Source: Octopus vulgaris | Lineage: Eukaryota | Direction of reading: 5' to 3' | Assembly: GCA_951406725.2 (NCBI GenBank) | Contig: OX597818.1 | Coordinates: forward strand, 100,068,001-100,132,000 | Length of the DNA: 64,000 nucleotides | In this document: positions 1-13,614 of the stretch, in pieces | Layout of the letters: the number at the start of each line of letters is the position of its first letter | How positions within the stretch are numbered: position 1 is the first letter of the stretch | Made by a program: the position numbers and the translations under genes | The notes under the pieces: model-generated | The model's input: only the letters and a program-made list of their open reading frames with translations | What the model was told of the DNA's origin: nothing | Databases searched by the model: none

Positions 1-211
1 GCTATAAAAAACAAAAGACCTCGGTTTGCTCTTATAGAAGGCAACACAACATATCGGGTACAAAAGTTCAACTCGTCGTCACGACAACTGTTTCAAAAGA
101 TAAAACTAACGGTCTATATATACCGTTAGTAAGGAGACATAACAAGACAAATTAGCGAGCAAGAATAACACACATATACACTCCACACTCACACTTCTAA
201 ATATGTATTCG

Positions 212-270
<59 letters not shown>

Positions 271-1126
271 CCTATACACATACATATTTAGATTAGAGAT
301 GTGCCAGAAAAGCAACTCCAGTCTAAAATTCTTAGCTTTATAATATAATTAACGTACAGGTATGACTGAAAGCCAGAAAATGAAGTTATATTTTAGATGC
401 GTTATGTTAACAAGAGATTATATACTTCAGAGCTAGGTGAAACGAACTCGCCAAGAATGCGAGAGCGGAGGAAATTTACAGTTTTTCCTCCAGAGAAAAA
501 GCCCTAAATATCAATCACAATGACTTTATAAACCACAATACGACTGTGTTAGTACTTTTGAAAAAAATGTTTAAGAAGTTAGTAATTGTTATTGGCTTAT
601 AGTTGGAATAAATGGCCTTAGGAAAATACATCGCTTCATATATAATTCATCAGTCTTCCTTAAAAGATTGTGCTTCTCATTCTTTTATATTTAAGCATTT
701 TCATTGTGTGATAATTTGCTACATTCTGTGTAATATTGCACTTTGTATGCTTAAAATATTCTTTCATTTCATCAACTTAACAGGTCTATATTTTGTTGAG
801 TATCTTTAAATATTTATCCATTAAAATTGCAAAACCGTGGAAACATGATCACACAAAAGCTCTCACACATTCATGAGCGTATATGTATATATACACACGC
901 ACACATATACATAAGTTTATATTTACGTAATATATATATATATTTATATATATATATATATATATTTAAACATTAAAACACTCCTATATATATATGTGTG
1001 TGTGTGTATGTGTGTGTGTGTGACAGTATATATTCCTGCATCTATAAATGTGGTGAATTGTATGCATACAGAAAAAATTATGCATATAACTTTTTATATA
1101 AGTTATACCTGAATTTATATGCAGAA

Positions 1127-1163
<37 letters not shown>

Positions 1164-1177
1164 TCTGTATGTAAATT

Positions 1178-1217
<40 letters not shown>

Positions 1218-1896
1218 ATATGTATATGTATATGTATATATATTTTTTACCTATATATCTGCAGGTAGATATATTGATGTTTACACATACACGTGCGCGC
1301 ACACGCATGTATATATGTATGTACATATTTATGTATATAATTAAAAACAAATATCAGTACATGTATGTATGTTCATATGTAATTTGCGTGTTTTAAATAT
1401 TATAAAAATAAATACTGTTCATCTAATTTTGTGTTCAGAACATCTGTTAAATGTACACAGCTCATCTGAAAACTCTTCAATATCAACAGCCATTAATAGC
1501 TGAAAAAAATACATTAATTTGTATAAGAACCGTTCGTTTTTCTCTTACGTCCTTCAGAATTGAAATTGTTTTATATCCAATAATATTTGCTTAGTTTTGC
1601 ATGTCTAATAAATCTGTTACTTGAATTCCTGTCTATTTCAATAATACGTATCTGCAGGATGTTTGAAACGATTTTTTTTCCTTTTACTATTATCTCAATG
1701 AGAAGACGTTCACTGCCGGTTAAAGTCCTTTTGAAGATTTGGGAGACTGGTGAGAGGAAGTGTTTAAGTTATCGTTGAACTATGGAGCTGAATGCGCGTA
1801 TTTTTGTTAGGGTTAAATCACGTGATCGATACATTTCATCGCACTGGAACACGATACTTTCTACGGTAGATTTTCTAGTAGAATCTTAATTCTTAA

Positions 1897-2205
1897 TTCC
1901 TCATTGCCCGTAGGGGGCTAAACATAGAGTGGACAAACAAGGACAGGCAAGAGATTAAGTCGATCGGATGAACCCCAGTGCGTAACTACCCACAAGGGGC
2001 TAAACACAGTGGACAAACAAGGACAGACAAACGGATTAAGTCGATTACATCGACCCCAGTGCGTAACAGGTACTTATTTAATCGACCCGAAAGGATGAAA
2101 GGCAAAGTTAACCTTGGCGGAATTTGAACTCAGAACGTAGCGGTAGGCGAAATACCGCTAAGCATTTCGCCCGGCGTGTTAACATTTCTGTCAGCTCGCC
2201 GACTT
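1897..2205 (-). mobile_element. tRNA-derived SINE, family A (head AAGxCGGCGAGCTGGCAGAA), with tandemly duplicated 3' segment
   Basis: Minus strand has B-box GTTCAAATTCC and the central TTTGCCTTTCATCCTTTCGGGTCGAT motif shared with the copies at 10501 and 20061. The 3' ~80 bp occurs twice (1907-1988, 1989-2067). Confidence 0.9.
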
Positions 2206-3420
2206 AATTCTGTTTATCAGAATCTGTTGTGAATCTAGAAAGTAATATGTAATGAGAATAGATCTAAAACAATGAGTTTTAGGAGTAAACTTGCTAATCA
2301 TACTACTATGGATGTTCACAGTAACCATTTGCTAGTATCCAAAAACATACACACGTAGCACCGAATCCTCAGAATCATGATAAAAAAGTCAATTAAAATG
2401 CACCAAATACAAGACTCGAAGCCGATGGTGTAATTGACTCCCCACCTTCGTTAAAATATACAATAAATACATCATCTAATATAAATATGAAACAAACAAG
2501 CGAGGTCAAAATCAGTGATAAATCCATGGTTAAATTTGCAAACGGTGGATGAATAGTTTTTATTATTTGCTGTATATAATATTTTTGGTTTGATTAGGAA
2601 GGTAAATCGATAAAATGGTGATATTTTCACTCGTATTCCAAATATATGATTTCATAGCAACAGCAAATTACATTAAAATGCAATCCCAAACAACATTTTT
2701 TCTGAGTTGCATCTTCCGTTGAGCAATTTTCCTCATTCTCCAGAATTTCAGCATTATGTAATCTGTGCATCTAAGTAACTCTGCAGCTTGTTCAGTATTT
2801 CCAATTACATAAGATTGCCAATGTGCGATCATTTTGATGATTTCCTTGTGCTAAAATTACATTTGGTGTAAAGCCAAATATGAAATGACTTGAGTATGAA
2901 TTCAAAACCAAACGTCACTATACTGCTATCTATCGGAAACTGATAGTTGAATAATGAACGGTGACGCATTTAATATAGCAACTCGGGCACATTCACTCAT
3001 ACTCGCAAACATATACAAACGAACACAAATATACACACGCACACGCGTATACACGCATGCACATAGATATACACGCACACGTATTTAAACGTATATATAT
3101 ATATATATATATTCATACATTACGTATATACACAAACACGCGCGCACACATAATATATATATATATGTGCGTGTGTGTGTGTGTGAATGTCTTTATGTGT
3201 GTATGCGTGTGTGCGACGAGCGTATACATTACCAAATGTGGATTTTCGTTTCTGAACGAAACGTTCTGAAACTTGGGACTCCTTCATTCACCAAACCCAC
3301 CCAAAAAGGGAGAGTTAAGAAAATGATAGCAACATTAAAGCCAGTGCCCCATTATGACGACATGTTACTGGCTGAAAAATGTAAAAGCAAGGATAAATCA
3401 ATATATATATATATATATAA

Positions 3421-3575
3421 ACAGGTGGTATAGACAACAGACAGATGTATTAGTATAACGCTAGGAAAGTGAAAAAGTCTTCAACGTTTCGAGTCTACGC
3501 TCTTCCACAGAAAGGAACACAGAAAGAAATAAAAAGAGAAAATAAAGAACGTGTAGTGGCTATAGATATATCATG
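3421..3575 (-). mobile_element. Short non-autonomous Penelope-like terminal repeat (family H) with variant hammerhead motif
   Basis: Homologous to 21300-21485(+) and 44720-44920(-). Minus strand reads CCTTT-CTGTGGAA-GAGCGTAGACTC-GAAACGTT-GAAGAC. Flanked by (TA)n. Confidence 0.7.
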
Positions 3576-3584
3576 TCGAATGAT

Positions 3585-3762
3585 ATAGATATATATACAC
3601 ATATATATATACATATATATACACATATATATATATATACACATATATATATACATATATATATACATATATATACATATATATATATATACACATATAT
3701 ATATATACGTATATATATATACATATATATATATATATACATATATATATACATATATATAC

Positions 3763-3811
<49 letters not shown>

Positions 3812-3950
3812 CATGCATATATATATATGTATACATATATATATATATATAAACATTATATATATATATATAGTCACAATGTAGGTAGAAGAATATCATA
3901 TGTATACATATATATATATAGTTCAACATATACATACATATATATATAAT
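3585..3950. repeat. Compound (TA)n/(TACA)n microsatellite
   Basis: Direct inspection. Confidence 0.95.
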
Positions 3951-4084
3951 ATAGGTAAGGAATTTTGAGATTAGTCTCTAAGCATATCATAAATTCTACA
4001 GTATAATAGAAGAACCCTGATATATATACATATAATAGGAAGCTATTGAGATTAGACATGGTGCCGATTGAAATGTAATTTCAT

Positions 4085-4260
4085 ATTAGAAGGAAATGTC
4101 TAGTGAAGGAGTAGTCTATAGAGCCAAGGTGCAAGTGGATATCGGAATACAAGACATACACAGGGGCTTCAGAAAATTCATTTAAAACAAGATTTTATTC
4201 TCATAAGAATTCTTTAAATACCCAGAGAATAGGAAGAAAACCAGCCTAGCAAAATATATA
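4085..4260 (+). pseudogene. Penelope-like retroelement GIY-YIG endonuclease relic (frameshifted)
   Basis: Manual translation across frameshifts gives KCLV/GVVYRAKVQVD/EYKTYTGASENSFKTRFYSHKNSL/KYPENRKKTSLAKYI. This matches the PLE pattern VIY..YIG..FKTRY..H....T.L.KYI. Confidence 0.8.
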
Positions 4261-4455
4261 ACGTGACATGGATACAGGGCGGCACCATACAGGCATGGAG
4301 CTTACAAATATATCTTATTCAAAGACAATAATTCTTTGAATCATATATATATGTAGGCACGCGGCTAAATTTAAAATGTCGAATATAAATATACCAAATG
4401 GATAGATATATATTTTGTATTTTGATTTTTGATATATCTAGAGCGCTACACGGAT

Positions 4456-6058
<1,603 letters not shown>

Positions 6059-6066
6059 AAATCTCG

Positions 6067-6639
6067 TTAATTTAATTGCTTTCCATTTATCGATAAATCA
6101 TAGATATATATGTATTTTTTAAAAGTACGATTAAGATAAGCTTTTAACAATGTAGGAATTTTGCATCTTCCATTAACCATTTTAATTCCTGTTAACTTTC
6201 CAACGACTACAAAGTAAGTAGTATCTCTATTCGCAAATTCGTTATCGCAAGCAACTGTTTCATTAATGGTACTTATCATACCAACGGTCTTATCCTTTGT
6301 GTTCGACGCAACGCCAACAATAATAGTATTGAACAAAGCTGGACAGAACTCATTCAGAACTTTATCAAAACTTGTTTTATCAGCGTATTAACACATGTAA
6401 GGAAACAAAATGGAAATTTGCTACATGCCCCACCGGTCACATCTGTTTTGCTTTCTTAAAAAAGTAGGATGTGACGTATTTAAAACTGAATGGTTTATTT
6501 TCGGCAATTTTGCCCTCACGCTCTCCATACTTTTATTTATCATATCTGCACTCAACCTGTCCTTTAAATGAGTAGCTATGCGTATTTTTTCTTGATGATA
6601 TCGGAAAGAATGAAAGTTCAGACGCAAGACTGCAGCCAT
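6067..6639 (-). pseudogene. Decayed intronless ~190-codon ORF, family not recognised
   Basis: Track ORFs 6421-6639 and 6067-6336 are in the same frame, joined by 28 codons with two internal stops in total. Start context AAAAATGG. Complex, non-repetitive peptide. Confidence 0.55.
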
Positions 6640-6886
6640 TTTTTGATGTTCTAAATTTTCTATTAGTTTAGTCTTAATGGGTTATGAAATCAAAGACATA
6701 CATCCACATGAATGAAACAAGAAAATCTACTGACATTTGAATAACTCGAAACCGTTGTATATCAATGCTTTTAAAGACGCATAACTACTAAGATGCGCCT
6801 TCAACCTTTGCACTTTCATGTATTTGTTTCACACACATGTGCTTGTGAAAAATTGTCATATATCCATATACTTATTTGCTTTATGT

Positions 6887-7246
6887 GGAGGTGCAATGGC
6901 CCAGTGGTTAGGGCAGCGAATACGCGGTCATAGGATCGCGGTTTCGATTCCAAGACAGGACGTTATGAGTGTTTCTTGAGCGAAGACACCTATACTTCCA
7001 CGAGGCTCGCGCTGGGAAGGAGGGGTTCTAATCTTGCTATATTCTTTCCCCACAACTTTCTCTTGTTGTCTCTGTTGTACCTGTATTTCAAAGGGTTACA
7101 TTCTTTTTCACACTGAATCGCCCCGACAACTACGTTATGATTACACGTGTCAGTGGAGTGCTCAGCCACTTGCACGTTAATTTCACGAGCAGGCTGTTCC
7201 ATTGGTCGGATCAATTGGAGCCCTCATCGTAACTGACGGAGTGCCA
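6887..7246 (+). mobile_element. tRNA-derived SINE, family B (head GGAGGCGCAATGGCCCAGTGG), tail type 2
   Basis: A-box TGGCCCAGTGG, B-box GTTTCGATTCC. The 3' body GGAGTGCTCAGCCACTTGCACG differs from other B copies. Confidence 0.85.
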
Positions 7247-7571
7247 CGATTTGATTTATGCTTGGTACGTTGCTTTGAATAGATTATTCCTATATTTACA
7301 GTACGAATCGTGACGCATACAGTTTCTCTAACATCGATTTCATCGATAGCAATTGTTATACCTTTCTTAGTCCGTGCTAATCAATCATCAAATTGTATGA
7401 CACAAAACGTTTTTGATAATTACACATTATACTCAAAGTCCATGATCTACATTTCATAATTACCGGAATATTACCGACGAAAAGCTCAGAGTAACGATTT
7501 ATGAAGTTTAAGCATCTGATGATATATATTGCTAATCTGAGTATTGAGTACTTTCTTTTCTTTCTCTTCTG

Positions 7572-7652
<81 letters not shown>

Positions 7653-7989
7653 CACATACATATACTTTCATACATGTATACGTGCGAACCCAAGTGTGTG
7701 TGGACGGGTTTACGACTGATCTGTATCGACAAAGGCGTTAAACTCGATAATCCGGTGCAGTAGAGGAAGACATATCTTTTGGTATTTATTATGAACGTGT
7801 GGCATATCCTACATTGTATTATAATTGTTTGGAAATCCGGGGGTAACGGCGAATTTCTTCACAAAGAAAAACATGGTATAAAATATATTTTGAACAAAAG
7901 TCAGACACACACACATACACACGCACGCACTCACACACACACACAAGAGTCATCGATATTACATCTTTACTCTTTTTTACTCATACTTT

Positions 7990-8155
7990 TTTCAGTCATT
8001 TGACTTTAACCGAGTTTAATCGAGCACATCGACCCCATTCTTTGTAAGCCTAGTACTTATTTTATCTGTCTCTTTTGCCGTTAAGTTACGGGGACGAAAA
8101 CACACCAACATCGGTTGTCAAGCGATGTTGGGGGACAAACACAGACACACAAACA
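7990..8155 (-). mobile_element. Family C SINE, 3' half
   Basis: Reverse complement matches 30345-30530 and 34335-34540. Confidence 0.8.
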
Positions 8156-8194
8156 TATACACACACATACATACATATATACATATATATATAT

Positions 8195-8459
8195 CACGTG
8201 ATCACGTGACCGACCAGACCATCAGATGTTGTTACACATTGCTGGTCACAATGCGTTCGCCACGCCGCTGGCTAAGCGAGCAGACCAACAGAAGAAAGAG
8301 TGGGAGAAAGAGTGGTGAAAGAGTACAGCAGGGATCACCACCACCTGCCGGAGCCTCGTGGAGCTTTTAGGTGTTTTCGCTCAATAAACACTCACAACGC
8401 CCGGTCTGGGAATCGAAACCGCGAGTCCGCTGCCCTAACCACTGGGCCATTGCGCCTCC
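8195..8459 (-). mobile_element. Family B SINE, tail type 1
   Basis: Head CCACTGGGCCATTGCGCCTCC. Tail matches 14190-14478. Confidence 0.9.
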
Positions 8460-8488
8460 ACATATATATATAAATATATATATATACA

Positions 8489-8526
<38 letters not shown>

Positions 8527-8533
<7 letters not shown>

Positions 8534-8613
8534 ATCACGTGCCCGACCAGACCATCAGATGTTGTTACACATTGCTGGTCACAATGCGTTCGCCCCACCG
8601 CTGGCTAAGCGAG
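8527..8613 (-). mobile_element. Duplicated 3' fragment of the adjacent family B SINE
   Basis: Near-identical to 8195-8281 and shares its internal deletion. Confidence 0.85.
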
Positions 8614-8731
8614 CCCGCCATTTACCGAATATATGATTTATAAACATTCCATGTGCTTGGCCGGAGTGAATAGATGTCTGTTCGTCTTCGCTACGTAAGG
8701 TTGGTGGTTTATTTATGATGTGTTCAGAATC

Positions 8732-8789
8732 AGTTCTGCTGAGGATCATAAGACGTAAGTTGAATGTGAAATCACGGTGATACAGAACT
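8732..8789 (+). ncRNA. Minimal type-I hammerhead ribozyme motif inside a ~300-bp element (8615-8915) ending in (TA)n
   Basis: Stem I AGTTCTG/CAGAACT (7 bp), core CTGAGGA, stem II CAT..GAC-GTAA-GTT..ATG, GAAA, stem III ATCAC-G-GTGAT, cleavage triplet AUA. Confidence 0.7.
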
Positions 8790-8911
8790 AAATTCATTTT
8801 TTTAAATGTCTTGCTTTGAAGAACTGCATTTAGGTATGATTAGTATAATTTTGGTAGTAATGACTTTGTCCCTCTTAGTGTGAGGCATTTATGTGTAATA
8901 ATGCCCTCTAT

Positions 8912-8951
<40 letters not shown>

Positions 8952-8956
8952 TATAT

Positions 8957-9118
8957 ACGACGCGCTTTTTTCAGTTTCCGTCTACCAAATCCTCTCACAA
9001 GACTTTGGTCAGTTCGAGGCTGTAGTAGAAGACACTTGGCCAAGGTGCCACGTAGTGGGATTGAACCTGGAAACATGTGGTTCGTAAGTAAGCTACGTAC
9101 CACACAGCCACTCCTACG
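8957..9118 (-). mobile_element. Family C SINE (CORE-like) 5' half
   Basis: Minus strand reads GTGGCTGTGTGG (A box), GGTTCAATCCC (B box) and GGCACCTTGGCCAAGTGTCTTC (CORE-like). Confidence 0.85.
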
Positions 9119-10500
9119 GAGAATATCAAGAAATATATGCAAAAACCGCAGTAAAGTTTTAATATTGTTGGAAAGGTTTTTCTGATTTTAAAGGATGGAA
9201 CAAGCAAAAATGTATTTACCTGATGGCATATTATCGACACCTGAACACTAACGAGATGTGAATATATTTAACAGTGATTGTAAATGAAAATAGCAAAACA
9301 CTATTAATTTTTCTTAATTTTCATTTTGAAGTTGTTTCTTCCTTTCTACAGTCTTTTGCTTGGCTCTTTGCCAAAATTACAAAGGTTGAAAATAACATTG
9401 TAAATATTTAGAAACTGCAACTAGAATTTTCTGTGCCAGGATAGTAAAAAATACATAAAAGGACTATAATTGAAAACAGATACAAAAAAAACCTATGATT
9501 CGTGTTGTAAATATTATTTTAGTCAACTTTTCCCCGAAAAAATTAAAGATACGGAGAGAATATATACTTCAGATTCTAGTTACAGTAAATGCTGGTATTT
9601 TTAACATGGTAAAAACGAAAAGATTTTCCTAAACATGGCAGAATATAAAGAACTTAAAAGCTATTCACTTTAAATAAACCAAAGTCATTACAGATCTCGT
9701 AGTTATCTTAACAGGAATATAGCCGGCTAAGTAATTGAAAATTTCCCTTCACAAACTACTGTTATTAATGATTGCTATTAACGTTGCTGCATGTTTCATC
9801 TCTGGATATTTTTTTTTCAATTATTTTATCGCTAATTATATTTGACATGGAATGCGATATTTTCATAAAATAATGGCCACAAGGATGGGAAATAACCTAA
9901 ATTGAAATTTACGGTATATTTAATAATATTAAATATTTTAATATGTACTAAATCTTTCAATCTAAAACCTTTGATTCGAAAAATTAAAGCAAACAAAACA
10001 AGCATACATCATCTAGATTTAATATTCTTTCATTCCGCGCCTCGGTTGTTGTTTCAAAAAATATATAAGCATAAACTAAAGATAAAGACACACTGAAGTA
10101 TAATCATGAAATCTTTAATTGGAAGTAAGCAATCACTTCGTGAAGCATACATTTTAGCTTCGGGTGAATTCAAAGAATAACTCCTCTTAATGAAGTTTCC
10201 TCTTTATCTCTCACCACCTGTCTCCCCCGCTCTTTCTGCATAGATACATATATTTATTCATATAAAGATACATACATACATACAACTACTACTGGCTAAG
10301 AGTATACAAACTGCACCCCTCTACCAAGGTATGTAGAGTCAGTGTGACAGAGTACATTCAAAAACACCAGTAGACCCACAGTATCAATTTCACGCTCTCC
10401 ACATCTGACCACGGTTGTTAGAGAGATCTCTCTGAAGCCTTCGTTCTGCTGTGGATTGAACGTAGCCAGCCCCATCCAATCCAATATATCAATATCTACA

Positions 10501-10731
10501 AAGCGCCGAGCTGGCAGAAACGTAAGGACGCCGGGCGAAATGCTTAGCGATATTTCGTCTTCTTCAGGTTCTGAGTTCAAATTCCGCCGAGGTCGACTTT
10601 GCCTTTCATCCTTTCGTGGTCGATTAAATAAGCACAAGTTACGTACTGTGGTCGATATAATCGACTTAATCCGTTTGTCTGTCCTTGTTTGTCCCCTCTG
10701 TGTGTAGCCCCTTTTGTGCAGTAAAGAAAGA
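10501..10731 (+). mobile_element. Family A SINE
   Basis: GAGCTGGCAGAA head, GTTCAAATTCC B box, tail like 1897-2067. Confidence 0.9.
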
Positions 10732-10932
10732 AGAAACGTTAGTACGCCGGGCGAAAAGCTTAGCGATATTTCGTCTGTCTTTAAGTTCTGAGTTCAAATT
10801 CCGCAGAAGTCGACTTTACCTTTCATCCTTTCGGGGTCGATAAATTAGGTACCAGTTGCGTACTGGGGTCGATCTAATCGACTGGACTTCCTCCCTCAAA
10901 TTTCTGGCCTTGTGCCTAGAGTAGAAAAGAAT
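10732..10932 (+). mobile_element. Family A SINE, 5'-truncated, in tandem with the previous copy, alternative tail
   Basis: Same body. Tail CCTTGTGCCTAGAGTAGAAAAG matches the 20061 copy. Confidence 0.85.
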
Positions 10933-11589
10933 ATCTATACGTGAAGTATATCTATACGTGAATGTGTGTGTGTGTGTATAATTTGTAACACTATAGTATG
11001 TAATTTAAGCGTAAAACAGTAAATCCGATGGGGAAAATATGAGGCCAGAGAAACTTGTAATGGCCAACCTTCTGGTTTATCACGTTAGTGTCGTTGCTTT
11101 TGTGTAGCCCTAAATTTTGTTTGAATCACGAATAACATCGCTCCGATCATGGTAATTGCATCGTAGTTTCAGACATTGCGACAAAAACTACGTCATCAAA
11201 TGTGTTCCTCAATCTCTAAAATGGCAGCATACCATTTCTGAGACATTTAACAACTATTTCTCCCAATGAAACAGATTACATAGAAGGTTCGTCAATAATG
11301 TTTTCGTCACTACAATTGTCTCTTGTGCAGCCATCCTCCAACACCAATTTAAACATACCTGAAATACTTGTCATTACCCTTGTGCTATAATAGTTCATTG
11401 CAGTATGAAATTCCAGCCAGTTGTTTAAATATGTGGCTGCCCCCTCATTATCGTGTATAGCTATTGCACGAAGCTTAATCAATGTTGTTATCGTGCAATT
11501 CCTGTGCAAAAAGATTTATTTTAAAGTGAGGAAAGGCTGTGCACTAAGTCAATCTCACTCACTAAGCAACAGCAGCCATAATACGATAG

Positions 11590-11835
11590 GTAACCACTGA
11601 GCCGCAGGTTTTATGTCGGAGTTATCCCAGTTACCCGAGTTACCTTCTCCTAGAAGGATGCCCTAACAAAGGCTAGAAGTCCTTCACTCCCAATGGTTTA
11701 ACTTGGTGAGGAGGGTGTTTATTGGATACCCTGCGAGATGAAAAACAGAACTCGTTAAAGGGCGGATTAACTCTTGAGATTCAACGGCCATCCAATAAAT
11801 GTCTTAAGGATATATCATGCGCGGGGACATAGAAA
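11590..11835 (-). mobile_element. Probable 5' UTR fragment of an RTE-type LINE
   Basis: Minus strand CTAGCCTTTGTTAGGGCATCCTTCTAGGAGAAGG resembles the AGCCTTGGT..GGCAACC..CTAGGAGAAGG motif of RTE 5' regions (recalled, not searched). Confidence 0.5.
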
Positions 11836-12290
11836 TAATCAGAGTTTAAATATAGATCAGGCACAAATGTATTAAGTATGCTCTCGCAAGTGTGTTCGTG
11901 TGCATAAACTAACGGGTATTTAGATTATTTTCAGTCAACGTAATTTTACTCAAATGCCTTGGATCAACAGGAGACAACAGTAGAAGCCACTTACTGGTTA
12001 ATATATCTCGTAGGGGAGTCTAGTTGGAGACCACGCGATCTATCCGGATTGAAATATAGCAACTGATAACGATAAGACGCATCCTATCACTACTTATAAT
12101 TCTTTTGTTTCACAGAATTGCGTCCTGGGTTAGTTGACTTTGAAGAAAGCTTCAACGTAGACAATGATTACAATTTGAATAGACTTCTCAGAAAAATACT
12201 TCCTTTGGCGTCTGTAAAATTGCCAGAATTCAGTATTTTTTTCCCTTTGTCTCTATTTACACACAAGTGTACTGCACCAAGAGTAATACA

Positions 12291-12352
<62 letters not shown>

Positions 12353-13028
12353 TACAATCGCACGCATGCGTACACATACACCTATAATCACGCACCGATA
12401 CACACACATACAAATATAATCACACGCAGTTCAAAGAGAGAATTATTAAGATTCTACCATTTGAATGGAAATATAAATCTGACGGTTGAAGAAGGTATTA
12501 TTACGTAAGGTATTATTTTATAAATGAAAGAGCAGCAGATCACAATGAGACGTACTTATGACAGTGCAAATAGTAAAAAAAAAAAATGGAGACGGAGAAA
12601 ATGAAACGAAGACCGAAGTGGAGAAGTACGAGAGAAAAGGATGAAAACAAATAGGCAAAAAAATAATAAATAAAAGTTGGTGGAGAGAACGTGAAAGATG
12701 AGATGTTAATAAGTATTTTATTATTTTTTTAATATCAGAATGGAATACGAATGATACAGGTTTTAAGTCTAGACATTATATAGCTATAAGAGATGGGTGT
12801 CAGACCTCAAGGAACAAAATACCGAAGTTATTGTGGTTAAGTTGCTGAATTGAAATTATTTATTTATTATATGGTTTTAATATTTTATTGTCTGCATTTA
12901 CCTCTTACTTCATGAGCATTAAATTAACCTTCTGTTTTCTTTCTAGATTATATGCTACTCATGTTAAAATATATTCAAAATCTCTCGCTTATAAATATAT
13001 ATAATTCAGGGTATATATATATATATAT

Positions 13029-13289
13029 TTCAATATGAAATAGTGTACATGAAAGCACAAAGAGAAATTACCTATAACAGGCAATTTCTACATGCTAGGA
13101 GACAGTCAAAACGACTGAAAATCACAAAATCTAAGCAACTTCAAAGGTAAAAGTTTTCATTGTTTCATTCCCTTTGAAATTGCTGAAATTTTGTGGTTTT
13201 CGGTCGTTTTGACTGTCTCCTAGCGTGTAGAAATTGCCTGTTATAGGTAATTTCTCCTTGTGTTTAAATGTACACTATTTCATATTGAA
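13029..13289. repeat. Fold-back: ~118-bp inverted arms with ~23-bp spacer
   Basis: 13029-13147 is the reverse complement of 13171-13289 with few mismatches. Confidence 0.92.
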
Positions 13290-13489
13290 TAATATGTCGT
13301 CTATTGACTTTTTATACATGCTAGGTCACTTGTAGTGAAATTTGTAAAAATTTGCTACCCTATATATAAACATATACATACATATATATATATACATATA
13401 AAGATAACACAGACACACACATAAAGAGATAGACATATATATCCCTATCCAAATACACGCGGTCATACACACACATATATATGTGTGTT

Positions 13490-13553
13490 TATACTAATAC
13501 ATCTGTTTGTTTTTACACCTCTTGTCTTCGTCTTTTGTTTTTTCATGAATTTT

Positions 13554-13557
<4 letters not shown>
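13490..13557 (+). mobile_element. 3' fragment of family H element
   Basis: ATACTAATACATCTG...GTCTTCGTCTTTTGTT..GAATT then (TA)n, as at 21418-21485. Confidence 0.7.

Positions 13558-13614
<57 letters not shown>

Noticed and set aside
105-130. 9-bp hairpin ACTAACGGT/ACCGTTAGT (similar one at 50072-50096)
   Set aside because: Isolated short hairpins with no CTRR Helitron end or other supporting context.
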